From: Octopus vulgaris
Lineage: Eukaryota
Assembly: GCA_951406725.2 (NCBI GenBank)
Contig: OX597842.1
Coordinates: forward strand, 13,020,001-13,084,000
Length of the DNA stretch: 64,000 bases
Direction: 5' to 3'
This document shows, in pieces, positions 37,280-50,319 of this stretch (positions are counted from its first letter, which is position 1; every line of letters starts with the position of its first letter). The notes below the pieces were generated by a model. It ran no database searches and was not told the DNA's origin. It saw only the letters and a program-made list of their open reading frames with translations. The position numbers and the translations under genes were made by a program.

Positions 37280-37282
<3 letters not shown>
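35970..37282 (+). pseudogene. Tc1/mariner-superfamily transposon 3' remnant interrupted by a Helitron
   Basis: DFFx..VIKNKVYEKN.KTV|NEL..I...CRSV..CWNVEREHFEHL* joins across the Helitron. Ends ...GGGGCGTCCCTG|TA (TIR-like end plus TA target). Confidence 0.6.
36044..37008 (+). mobile_element. Non-autonomous Helitron with internal ~91-102-bp tandem repeats
   Basis: A|TCTTTATATATAAAA 5' end, GC hairpin GCCCGAGCAACGCCGGGC at 36980-36997, CTAG|T 3' end, no TSD, ~8 internal units. Confidence 0.88.
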
Positions 37283-37321
<39 letters not shown>

Positions 37322-37337
37322 ATAAATGAAATAAATC

Positions 37338-37377
<40 letters not shown>

Positions 37378-37378
37378 C

Positions 37379-37510
37379 ATTTATTTTATAGAAGGAGCTT
37401 CTACAGGACTAGAACTGTTTCATTCAAATGAAATCATCAGGGAGCTTCCTGATGATTTCATTTGAATGAAACAGTTCTAGTCCTGTAGAAGCTCCTTCTA
37501 TAAAATAAAT
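37379..37510. repeat. Near-perfect 132-bp palindrome (Penelope-type inverted terminus)
   Basis: 63-bp arms around a GAGCTT centre. Confidence 0.95.
37441..37495 (+). ncRNA. Type I hammerhead ribozyme candidate
   Basis: GGAGCTTC-CTGATGA-tTTCatttGAAt-GAAA-CAGttctagtcCTG-TA-GAAGCTCC: 8-bp stem I, intact core, GUA cleavage site. Confidence 0.8.
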
Positions 37511-37575
37511 TAATTTACTCTGCTATGTATTGAGTACCTTATTTACTGTGGTTAACCTCGACTCAACCCGGGACC

Positions 37576-37669
<94 letters not shown>

Positions 37670-37726
37670 AATATATATATATATATGTATATATATGTAT
37701 ATATATATGTATATATATAAATATAT

Positions 37727-37895
37727 AGGCGCAGGAGTGGCTATGTGGTAAGTAGCTTGTTTACCAACCACATGTTTCCGGGTTCAGTTCCACTGCGCGG
37801 CACCTTGGGTAAGTGTCTTCTACTATAGCCTCAGTCCGACCAATGCCTTGTGAGTGGATTTGGTAGACGGAAACTGATAAGAAGCCCGTCGTATA

Positions 37896-37943
<48 letters not shown>

Positions 37944-38170
37944 TGTGTGTGTTTGTGTGTCTGTGTTTGTGCCTCTAGCATTGCTTGATAACCGATGCTG
38001 GTGTGTTTATGTCGCCGTTACTTAGCGGTTCGGCAAAAGAGACCGATAGAATAAGTACTGGGCTTACAAAGAATAAGTCCCGGGGTTGAGTTGCTCGACT
38101 ACAGGCGGTGCTCCAGCATGGCCGCAGTCAAATGAATGAAACAAGTAAAAGAGTAAAAAGAGTAAAGAGT
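37727..38170 (+). mobile_element. SINE A, full length
   Basis: Matches the family consensus. Confidence 0.88.
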
Positions 38171-38214
38171 ATATACATACATGCATATATATATATGTAT
38201 ATATATATATATGC

Positions 38215-38265
<51 letters not shown>

Positions 38266-38433
38266 AATGAGATAGGGGTTGAAAATTCAACCCACCATGG
38301 GATAATATATATCCAATATACTGCTAGATAGGTACCCAACAAAATTAATACATAGATGTTAAAAGTTGTCAAACAATCAGTTCATCTATTGTATTATATG
38401 GGTAAAGGTAATAATATTACCGTAAATTAATAC

Positions 38434-38675
38434 TACAAAATTAGAGAATGGAGAAACATACTTAAATCAGTAAAAACATCAACTATCCGATGATACTCAA
38501 TCCATACTTTAATACACCATTACATATGAGTAAAGGCAATATACTCATTTCATTTCATTTCATTTTATATATTGCCTTTACTCATATGTAATGGTGTATT
38601 AAAGTATGGATTGAGTATCATCGGATAGTTGATGTTTTTACTGATTTAAGTATGTTTCTCCTTTCTCTAATTTTG

Positions 38676-38677
<2 letters not shown>
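38434..38677. repeat. Inverted repeat, 110-bp arms, 24-bp spacer
   Basis: 38434-38543 vs 38568-38677, about one mismatch. Confidence 0.92.
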
Positions 38678-38727
<50 letters not shown>

Positions 38728-38729
<2 letters not shown>

Positions 38730-39066
38730 ACCGGAGTAAACACATAAATGTGAATCAAGGTGGAAAAAGAGTACTCAAATACCAGTGGTAGAGTAATATG
38801 CTTTATTTAAAGCAGCAGAAAATTCAACAAGACTGACCGAAGATTGACCGTTATTTCTAAAGGGCCAATCAAACAAGTCCAATTTTTTAAAGGTGTAGCG
38901 TTTGTAATAGTCTGGATAGAATTGACATATCGGTTCCATTCTAGCAAAAACTGTCCGATGAACGGCAACGGGGAACTCAGAGTAACAGATTTTGTTGAAT
39001 TTTCTGCGGCTTTAAATAAAGTATATATATGTGTATATATGTGGGTGTGTGTGTATATGTATATTT

Positions 39067-39147
<81 letters not shown>

Positions 39148-39358
39148 TAATCCAAACAAGAAAACACAGAAAAAAAGAGAAAAAACACAGCAACGCAGGA
39201 CGTGGAACAATTAAAGTATTATTGACGCTCAGGAAAGAAGGGAAGGAGCGGAGCTCTTCGTCGGAAACAAGGAGAAGGAAAGATCCCAAGGAGGGAAGAC
39301 AGAGGAGACAATATTTGAGCTGGTGGTGCTTAAGAGTTCACATGCTTAAGAGATCACA

Positions 39359-39457
<99 letters not shown>

Positions 39458-39819
39458 TTTATTTTAAGCAGCAGAAAAATCAACAAAATCTGTTACTCTG
39501 AGTTTCTCGTTGCCGTTCATCAGACAGTTTTTGCTAGAATGGAACATATATATTAATTCAATCTATACTCTTACAAACGCTACACCTTTAAAAAGAAATG
39601 GACTTGTTTGATTGGCCCTTTAGGTAGCGTTTGTAAGAGTATAGATTGAATTAATATATATGTTCCATTCTAGCAAAAACTGTCTGATGAACGGCAACGA
39701 GAAACTCAGAGTAACAGATTTTGTTGATTTTTCTGCTGCTTAAAATAAAGCATATTACTCTACCACTGGTATTTGAGTACTCTTTTTTCCACCTTGTTTC
39801 ACATTTATGTGTTTACTCC

Positions 39820-39860
<41 letters not shown>

Positions 39861-39960
39861 CTCTCCTTCCCTTCTTTCCTGAGCGTCAAATAATACTTTA
39901 ATTGTTCCACGTCCTCGCGTTGCTGTTTTTTTCTGTGTTTTCTTGTTTGGATTAACTTTA
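38728..39960. mobile_element. Cluster of Penelope-like pseudo-LTR fragments (two families, both orientations) in (TA)n, including a 127-bp inverted repeat (39457-39583 / 39624-39750)
   Basis: Homologous segments at 38730-39020, 39457-39822 and 61263-61345. A second family lies at 39143-39350, 39860-39958 and 49515-49710. Both carry hammerhead cores. Confidence 0.65.
39674..39724 (+). ncRNA. Minimal hammerhead ribozyme candidate (mirror copy on - at 39484-39533)
   Basis: AAAACTGT-CTGATGA-aCGgcaaCGa-GAAA-CTCaGAG-TA-ACAGaTTTT, with a palindromic stem III. Confidence 0.7.
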
Positions 39961-40152
39961 TATACATATATGCATACATACATACATACATACATACATA
40001 CATACATACACACTTAGACGGAAGAATGGCTGTGTGGTATGTAGCTGGCTTACCAACCACATTGTTCCGAGTTCAGTCCCACTGCAAGTGTAGTCTGCCC
40101 TAACCTCGGAAGACCAAATCCTTCTGACTGTGTGTTTGTGTGTGTATGTTTG

Positions 40153-40225
<73 letters not shown>

Positions 40226-40611
40226 TTGTGTGTTAGTGTTTGTCCCCCCACCATCGCTTGACAGCCGATGCTGGTGCGTTAACGTCCCCGTAACTTAGCG
40301 GTTCGGCCAAAAGGAGCCGATAGAATAAGTACTAGGCTTAGTCCTGGGGGTCGATTTGTTCGACTAAAGGCGGTGCTCCAGCATGGCCGCTGTCAAATGA
40401 CTGAAACAAGTAAAAGAGTAAAAGAGAATATATTTATAGGCGCAACCACAGCGTTCCGGGTTCAGTCCCACTGCGTGGCACCTTGGGCAAATATCTTCTA
40501 CAATAGAGTCGGACCGAGCAAAGCTTTGTGAGTGGATTTGGTAGACGGAAACTGAAAGAAGCCCGTCGTATATAATTATATATATATTTTTTTCTAGACT
40601 AATGTAAAAGA

Positions 40612-40665
<54 letters not shown>

Positions 40666-40711
40666 TCTTTTACTTTAGTCTAGACACACAAACATACACA
40701 CACACACAAGC

Positions 40712-40760
<49 letters not shown>

Positions 40761-41104
40761 GGTAGAATACACTTGCCCTAAGTACCCTGCAGTGGGACTG
40801 AACTCGAAACAATGTGGTTGGTAAGCCAGCTACATACCACACAGCCATTCTTCCGTCTAAGTGTATGTGTGTGTGTCTGTCTCTGTTCAACCACCAACAC
40901 TTGTAAACCGGTGTTGGTGTGTTTAAGTCCTCGCAACTTAACGGTTCGGTAAATGGAGACGGGAGAATGAGCGCCAGACTGAAGAGAATAAGGTACTGCG
41001 GAGCTCCAGCATGGCCGCAGTAAGAAAGAAGAGATAAATGATGAATGATATATGTAACAAGGTATTGAGTCCTACGGGCCACACGAGTTGTTGTTAATGC
41101 ATTC

Positions 41105-41680
41105 GCATCCAAGCAACAAACCACCACCAACTCCACCATCACCATCACCATCAACACCACTACCACCACCAACACCACCGCAACCAACACCACAGCAACC
41201 ACCACCACCACCACCACCACCCACCACCACCACCACAACCACCACCAGCCACTACCACCACCACCACCACCATCACCACTACCACCACACCACTACCACC
41301 ACAACCACCACCAGCCACCACCACAATCACCACTACCACCACAACCAACACCACCACAACCACCACAATCACCAGTACCACCATCACCAACACCAACACC
41401 ACAACCACCACCACCACCACCATCACAACCACCACCATCACCACCACCACCACTACAACCACCACCACCATCACAACCACTACCACCACCACCACCACCA
41501 CAACCACCACCATCACCACCACAAACACCACCACCAGCACCGCCACCACAAACACCACCACCATCACCACCACCACAACCACCACCACCACCACCACCAC
41601 CAATACCAGCCACCACCACCACCACCACCACCACCACCACCACCACCACCACCACCACCACCACCACCACCACCACCACC
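41105..41680. repeat. (CCA)n-type trinucleotide low-complexity tract
   Basis: Read directly; gives poly-P/T/H pseudo-ORFs. Confidence 0.95.
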
Positions 41681-41819
41681 AATCCCTTATCTCTACACAC
41701 GATATCCTATCATCGTCGTCGTCGTCGTAAGCAAGGCAGCAGCCAGAAATTCATTCGTTGTATTCTGCAATTCCTTTATTCTCTCCTTCCATCATTCCAT
41801 TATTCCTCGTAACGTGTGT

Positions 41820-41874
<55 letters not shown>

Positions 41875-42095
41875 CATCACTCTCACCTCTACAACCACGG
41901 ACCTTTCTCACTCCTCCTCCTCTCTTAGCTTTTCACCTTTCCCCTTTCTCTCTCTCTTCCTATCACATTTTCTCCCCTCTCTGAATCTCTCTTTTTCTCT
42001 CTCTCTCTCCCATCAAGCCTTCTCTCTCTCTCTCACTCTCTGCCTATCGCTCCCTCTCTCTTTCCTTCTTTCTTTTCTTTCTTTCTTTCTTTCAT

Positions 42096-42142
<47 letters not shown>

Positions 42143-42249
42143 CTCTCACCATTTCTCTCACTTAGTCTGTTAACCCCCCTCTCTATCTATCTATCTACCT
42201 CTCCTTCTCTCTCTCTCTCTCTCCATCTATCTATCTATCTACCTCTCCT

Positions 42250-42285
<36 letters not shown>

Positions 42286-42293
42286 CCTCTCCT

Positions 42294-42326
<33 letters not shown>

Positions 42327-42511
42327 CTATCTACCTCTCCTTCTCTCTCTCTCTCTATCCATCTATCTATCTACCTCTCCTTCTGTCTCTCTCTCTCTTT
42401 CTCTCTCTCTATCTATCTATCTATCTACCTCTCCTTCTCTCTCTCTCTCTCTCCATCTATCTATCTACCTCTCCTTCTCTCTCTCTCTCCATCTATCTAT
42501 CTACCTCTCCT

Positions 42512-42544
<33 letters not shown>

Positions 42545-42761
42545 CTACCTCTCCTTCTCTCTCTCTCTCTCTCTCTCTCTATCCATCTATCTATCTACCT
42601 CTCCTTCTCTCTCTCTCTCTATCTATCTATCTACCTCTCCTTCTCTCTCTCTCTCTATCCATCTATCTATCTACCTCTCCTTCTCTCTCTCTCTCTCTAT
42701 CTATCTATCTACCTCTCCTTCTCTCTCTCTCTATCTATCTATCTATCTTTCTACCTCTCCT

Positions 42762-42793
<32 letters not shown>

Positions 42794-42801
42794 CCTCTCT
42801 T

Positions 42802-42840
<39 letters not shown>

Positions 42841-42853
42841 TTCTACCTCTCCT

Positions 42854-42886
<33 letters not shown>

Positions 42887-42977
42887 CTACCTCTCCTTCT
42901 CTCTCTCTCTCTCTATCTATCTATCTACCTCTCCTTCTCTCTCTCTCTATCTATCTATCTATCTTTCTACCTCTCCT

Positions 42978-43009
<32 letters not shown>

Positions 43010-43017
43010 CCTCTCTT

Positions 43018-43054
<37 letters not shown>

Positions 43055-43068
43055 TTCTACCTCTCCTT

Positions 43069-43101
<33 letters not shown>

Positions 43102-43779
43102 CCTCTCCTTCTCTCTCTCTCTCTATCTATCTATCTACCTCTCTTTCTCTCTCTCTATCTATCTATATCTATCTACCTCTCTCTCTCTCTCTATCTATCT
43201 ACCTCTCTCTCTATCTATCTTTCTACCTCTCTCTCTATCTATCTATCTACCTCTTTCTCTCTCTCTCTCTATCTATCTACCTCTCTCTCTCTCTCTCTCT
43301 ATCTATTTATCTATCTATCTTTCTATCTATCTATCTATCTATCTACCTCTCCCTCTCTCTCTCTATCTATCTATCTCTCACCATTCCTCTCACTTAGTCT
43401 GTTAAACTCCCCCCCCCCCATCCTCTCTCTCACTCTCCTCCTTCTTTCTCTCACTCCTTCACAATTCTCTTCCCAACAAACAAGAGACAGTATCATCGTC
43501 AGCCAAGTTCGGCGAATTACGTGTGTGCAGTTGCGTGTGCGCAGTTGCGTGTGTGCTTAAATTCTTCTCTTCCTCGCAGGAGAGAAGAAATATCTTGAAT
43601 AAAAGCATCTCAAATCAGCTCGTGGCCCGAGCAGGCAAAATGGAAAAGACGTTGCCCCAGGGGAAGGAGATAGAAAGACAGAGACAGAGAGACAGAGAGA
43701 GAGACAGAGAGAGAGACAGAGAGAGAAAGAGAGAGAGAGAGAAAGAGAAAGAGAGAGAGAAAGAAAGAGAGAGAGAGAC

Positions 43780-43810
<31 letters not shown>

Positions 43811-43951
43811 GACAGAGACAGAGACAGAGACAGAGAGAGAGAGGGAGAGAGAGAGACAGAGAGAAAGTGAGAGACAGTGAGACAGAGAGAGACACAGAGA
43901 CAGAGAGAGAGAGAGAGACAGACAGACAGAGACAGAGCGAGACACAGACAC

Positions 43952-44022
<71 letters not shown>

Positions 44023-44160
44023 CAGAGAGACAGAGACAGGGAGAGACAGAGACAGAGAGAGAGGCAGACAGACAGAGAGAGACAAAGAGACAGAGAGACA
44101 GAGACAGAGAGAGAGAGAGAGACAGGGAGAGAGAGAAAGAGAAAGAGAGAGAGAGAGAGA
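41820..44160. repeat. Compound (CT)n/(TTTC)n/(TCTA)n tract, then a (GA/GACA)n tract
   Basis: Read directly; short unique island at 43480-43670. Confidence 0.93.
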
Positions 44161-44522
44161 GGCCCTGGGACATGTAATCCGATTCATGGGGTCGCGCACT
44201 TGCGGCTTGCCATCTCTGCCCCAATGACAATGAGCAGAGATGTGATCCAGGGGTCGACAACAGCGGAGGTCCCTACTGCTATAGGCTCAACCAAAAGCCT
44301 GTCAAAGAAGGGCCCATACTTTGACTGTTTGCCCTTTTCTGCCTGAAGAACCGCATACCCTAGATTGGTAGATGAACACCCCAGCTTTGTTCCTGGTGAA
44401 TGTGTCACAGCATGTAGGATCTAGAGGAGCCTGCCCTTATCTAGAGGGGCCTGACTTCATCTAGAGGGGCCTGCCCTTATCTTGAGGGGCCTACCATCAC
44501 GGGACGGGAGAATTTCCATACC

Positions 44523-44929
44523 TATTTCTTTATTACCCGCAAGGGGATAAACACAGAGGGAACAAACAAGGACAGGCATAGGTATTAAGTCGATTACATC
44601 GACCCCAGTGCGTAACTGGTACTTAATTTATCGACCCCGAAAGAATGAATGGCAAAGTCGACCTCGGCGGAATTTGAACTCACAACGTAACGCAGACGAA
44701 ATACCTATTTCTTTACTACCCACAAGGGGCTAAACACAGAGGGGACAAACAAGGGGATTAAGTCGATTATATCGACCCCAGTGCGTAACTGGTACTTAAT
44801 TTATCGACCCCGAAAGGATGAAAAGCAAAGTCGACCTCGGCGGAATTTGAACTCAGAACGTAACGGCAGACGAAATACCGCTAAGCATTTCGCCCGGCGT
44901 GCTAACGTTTCTGCCAGCTCGCCCGCCTT
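44523..44929 (-). mobile_element. SINE B dimer with a 12-bp TSD, inserted in an unclassified GC-richer element (44160-45270)
   Basis: AATTTCCATACC at 44511-44522 and 44930-44941. Confidence 0.88.
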
Positions 44930-45356
44930 AATTTCCATACCGCCAGGGTTTTTACACTTCTCCGCTTTCGCCCCGCTGGGACAGGTTCTCCTACACGGAG
45001 AGCTTACACTTGCTCGGATAACCATCTTCGCCCCGATGGCGCTGGGCAGGGATATGATCCCCCCCCCGAGAATGCTGGATGTCTGCACTGCCTCATACCA
45101 GTCAGAGAGTGGCCGATGTTTTGACCGTTTGCTCTTCAGGGCTTGAGAAACAGCTGAGTCTGGACTCGTGGCTGACCACACGAACTTTGCCGCTGGAGAA
45201 TACAGATGAGGGACCTACTTCCATGGGACGGGAGTGTTGTCATACCGGCTGGCCCTTTCACCATTCCCTTTGGGGACGTAAACGCACCAACATCGGTTGT
45301 CAAGCGATGGTGGAAGGGTGATAAATACAATAACACATATACATACACACACACAC

Positions 45357-45398
<42 letters not shown>

Positions 45399-45525
45399 TG
45401 ATAAAACGGTAAGATAACAAAAAGAAAGAAAGAGACCTCAATATTATGTAAATAGAGGAAATTCATCTATACAATATGTTACATCTATACAATATGTTAC
45501 TACCGAGTAATGTAACATATTGTAT

Positions 45526-45578
<53 letters not shown>

Positions 45579-45579
45579 C

Positions 45580-45739
<160 letters not shown>

Positions 45740-45884
45740 ATATATATAGAGCCGGGACAATATTAGAAGACACTTACCGAAGGTACCACGCAGTGGGACT
45801 GAACGAGGAATCGTGTGGCTGGGAGGCAAGCTTCTTACCCCGCAGCCACCCCTATACGAATATCGTCGACATTCTCCGACCCAC

Positions 45885-45887
45885 AAC

Positions 45888-45920
<33 letters not shown>

Positions 45921-46532
45921 TTTGTTATCTCTCGACCTATTCTGCTTGGCAATCTGTCTGTCTGTCCGGGTTATCTCTCTCCTTCTCTCTCTCTCTTTCT
46001 CTTTCTCCCTCTGCCCCTCCCTCCCTTTCTCTCTCTTACTCTCTCTTACTCTCTCTTTCTCTCTCTCGCTCTTTCTCTCTCTTTCTCTCTCTTACTCTCT
46101 CTTACTCTCTCTTACTCTCTCTCTCCTACTCTCTCTTTCTCCCTCTTACTCTCTCTTTCTCCCTCTTACTCTCTCATTCTCTCTCTTACTCTCTCTGCTT
46201 CTCTCTCTTTCTCCCTCTTTCTCTCTCATTCTCTCTCTTACTCTCTCTTTCTCTCTCTTTCTCCCTTTTTCTCTCTCTTTCTCTCTCTTACTCTCTCTTT
46301 CTCTCTCTTTCTCCCTCTTTCTCTCTCTTTCTCCCTCTTTCTCTCTCTTTCTCTCCCTTTCTCTCTCTTACTCTCTCTCTCTCCCTCTTTCTCTCTCTTA
46401 CTCTCTCTTTCTCTCTCTTATTCTTTCTTTCTCTCTCTCGCTCAGTTTCTCCTGAATTCCCATACTCATACACCTCCTCACACCTCGCATTTTTCTCCCT
46501 CACCTTTTCTACCCCTTCCTCTCCCTCCCTCA

Positions 46533-46571
<39 letters not shown>

Positions 46572-46620
46572 CGTCTGTCTGTTATTCTGCCCCAATCCCA
46601 ATCTCTTTTTCTTTCTTTTT

Positions 46621-46686
<66 letters not shown>

Positions 46687-46795
46687 TTCCTTTGTTTGTT
46701 TGTTTGTTTGTTTCTTTCTTTCCTTCTTTCTTTCTCTCTCTCTCTCTCTTTCTCTCAATTTCACTCTTTCTCACTCTATATTTTTCTCTATCTAT

Positions 46796-46828
<33 letters not shown>

Positions 46829-46888
46829 CGTCTGTCATTCTGCCCAAATCCTAATCTCTTTCATTCTTTCTTTCTTTCTTTCTTTCTT

Positions 46889-46924
<36 letters not shown>

Positions 46925-46926
46925 TC

Positions 46927-46958
<32 letters not shown>

Positions 46959-48006
46959 AATTTCTCTTTTCCTCACTCTGTTTCTATATGTTCCTCTATC
47001 TATCTGTTTGTCTGTCTGTCTGTCTGTCTCTCTCTGTCCTTCTATCTCTCTATCTCTCTCCATTCCCCCTCATCATCATCTCTCTCTCTCTCTACCTCTT
47101 TCCCTTTCTCCCCCTCTCTCCCTCTCTCTCTACCTCTTTCCCTTTCTCCCCCTCTCTCCCTCTCTCTCTACCTCTTTCCCTTCCTCCCCCTCTCTCCCTT
47201 CTCTCTCTCTCTCTCACACACACAAATCACGCTTTCAAGAGCTTTTTTCCATTCTTTCATTTCTGATTCCTCATTCGTTCATTCTCTCAATCCGCTATTC
47301 GCACATTCTTCCTCGCTTAAACCATTCTCTCCCCGCTCCCTCCCTCTCTTCCTCTCCATCTCTCCATCCTCGCCCCACTCTCCACGTAATACACTGTTAC
47401 TTTCGCAAAGTGACAACAACGCTCGCTCTCAGAATTCATCCGAGTTTTTACAAACTTATGGACTAAACCACAAATCATCACACACGCACACGAAAGGTAT
47501 ACATACACACATACACACGTACATACACACACACACATACATACATACATACATACATACATACATACACATACATACATACATACATACACACGCACAC
47601 ATACATATATACATACATACGTACATACATACATACACACACACATACGTACTTACATACATATATACATACATACATACATACATACATACACACACAA
47701 ATACATATATACACACACATAGATAGATAAATACACACATACATACATACATACATACATACATACACACACATACATACACACTCATAGATAGATACAT
47801 ACATACACACACATACATACGCATAAACAAATACCTACAGACATAAATACATTCACACACATCTATATATACATATATAAACATTCATAAACACACACGC
47901 ACACACATATATATATATATATATACATACATACATACATGCACGAGGAATTATATACATACATAAATATATGTGCGTGCGTACAATAGTATACACTGAC
48001 ACAAGT

Positions 48007-48057
<51 letters not shown>

Positions 48058-48135
48058 ATATAGATGTGTGTTTAAGTAGATAAAAGACGCAAAATTATAA
48101 TTACACACACACACACATACACACACACACACACT

Positions 48136-48180
<45 letters not shown>
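45885..48180. repeat. Compound pyrimidine-rich and (CATA/CA)n microsatellite region
   Basis: Read directly from the sequence. Confidence 0.9.
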
Positions 48181-48182
<2 letters not shown>

Positions 48183-48267
48183 AAACAGTAACACATTCTA
48201 ATCATCGTACGCCCGGATATATATAATTACATACGCGCACCTACAGTGAAACACGCACAAACACTCG

Positions 48268-48303
<36 letters not shown>

Positions 48304-48421
48304 AGCTGACATCTGTGAAAAGCGGAGAAACCGTTGTACACACACACACACATATATATATATACATGTATATGTGTATATATCTATATTTATTTTTACG
48401 AACACACGGAAAACAGCCACA

Positions 48422-48482
48422 ATGAAAGACGAGAAAAATTACTTATTTCTGGTAACGTTCGGATCTATCATTTGCCTGACAG
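48422..48482 (+). CDS. Candidate signal-peptide first coding exon
   Basis: ACAATGA context. MKDEKNYLFLVTFGSIICLT plus G, then AG|GTAAGT (phase 1). Single-copy island among microsatellites. Confidence 0.5.
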
Positions 48483-48551
48483 GTAAGTCACTGCCATGTT
48501 GTGGCCTTCATTCATTGCCTTCTGACACACATAACATTATATATTTACATC

Positions 48552-48589
<38 letters not shown>

Positions 48590-48597
48590 TTATTTTT

Positions 48598-48650
48598 ATC
48601 TTTATCTAGTTTCAGCTCACAAGCTGTGGCCATGCTGGGGCACCGCCATT
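48598..48650 (-). mobile_element. ~50-bp tail-only copy of the CR1/L2-group LINE
   Basis: Same 5' start (AAATGGCGGTG) as 34075-34120. Confidence 0.75.
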
Positions 48651-48817
48651 TATTATCCATATATATGTAAATATGTTTATATATATATATGTATATTATA
48701 TAAATATATGCATATATATATGTATATATGTTTATATATATATATATATGTATATATATAGACACACATATTTATATACACTCATATACATATTTATATA
48801 CACTTGGGTTTAAATGC

Positions 48818-48864
<47 letters not shown>

Positions 48865-48926
48865 TACATACATATATATATATAAATCTAGCTCTATGGC
48901 ACTCTCTCTCGCTCTCTGTACATACG

Positions 48927-48957
<31 letters not shown>

Positions 48958-49162
48958 AATTTATCAGAGTAATTGCTATATGTCAATTAGTGTGTTACGC
49001 AAATAACTTTCGCAGTTTGGGCTACCTGGTGTCATCCGCGGTTGGCGCGCATTTCCGCTGGAAATATTGTTATTATTATTATTATCATCATCATTATTAT
49101 TATCATTATCATTATTATTATTATTTTTATCATCATCATCATCATCATCATCACCATCATCA

Positions 49163-49238
<76 letters not shown>

Positions 49239-49379
49239 ATATACATACACATACACATATATATTAATATTTAGTAGAAGTAACAGACTGACTTAAGATC
49301 CGAGTATTTCTGCGTTGGCACTTATATAAATGTGTATACATACATACATACATACATACATACGTATATATATATATAA

Positions 49380-49470
<91 letters not shown>

Positions 49471-49808
49471 TGTATGTATGTATGTATGTATGTATGTATG
49501 TATATATATATAAATTTAATCCAAACATGAAAATACAAAGAGAAAACACAACAACGCGAGAACGTGGAACAAATATAGTATTATTGGACGCTCAAGAAAG
49601 AAGGAGCGTTTAACGTTTCGAGCGGAGCTCTTCCTCGGAAACATAGGAGAAGGAAAGATCCAGAGAAGGGAAGACAGAGGGAAAAAATCGCCAACGGTAC
49701 ACACGAGGTCATATATATGTGTACATATATATATATATATACACACACTTATACACACGTTTCTTACTTATTCTTGTTTTTACTAAGTTCAACATATATT
49801 CGATACTT

Positions 49809-49952
49809 TACGAGGAGTCGCCGAAAAGTTCCTGGCACGAAGAGTATCGTGAGAGCCCTGGTTGGAAACCCAATCTTCTGAGTTCTCTTACAGGGCTCAG
49901 AAAACGTGAAGGACCTCTGCAATAAGTGTGTGAATCTGAGCGGGGAATATTC
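49809..49952 (+). mobile_element. Mariner-like non-autonomous element fragment
   Basis: TA|CGAGG start and KCVNLSGEY (mariner C-terminal KCVxxxGxY motif). Confidence 0.45.
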
Positions 49953-50195
49953 TGTTATTTTTTTAAATTTGATTCAGGCATTTGACTGCGGCAATGCTGG
50001 AGCACCGCCTTTATTCGAGCGAATCGATCCCAGGACTTATTCTTTGTAAACCTAGTCCCTATTCTATCGGTTTCTCTTGCACTTGTTCTATCGGTTCGGC
50101 CAAGAACCGATAAATTACGGGGACGTAAACACACCAACATCGGTTGTCAAGCGAGCGTGGAGGTAGGGGTCAAACAGAGACACAAAAATATATAC

Positions 50196-50316
<121 letters not shown>

Positions 50317-50319
50317 TAT

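Noticed and set aside
41088-41984. 298-aa Pro/Thr/His-rich ORF
   Set aside because: Product of a (CCA)n tract open in several frames and on both strands, with no non-repetitive coding context.
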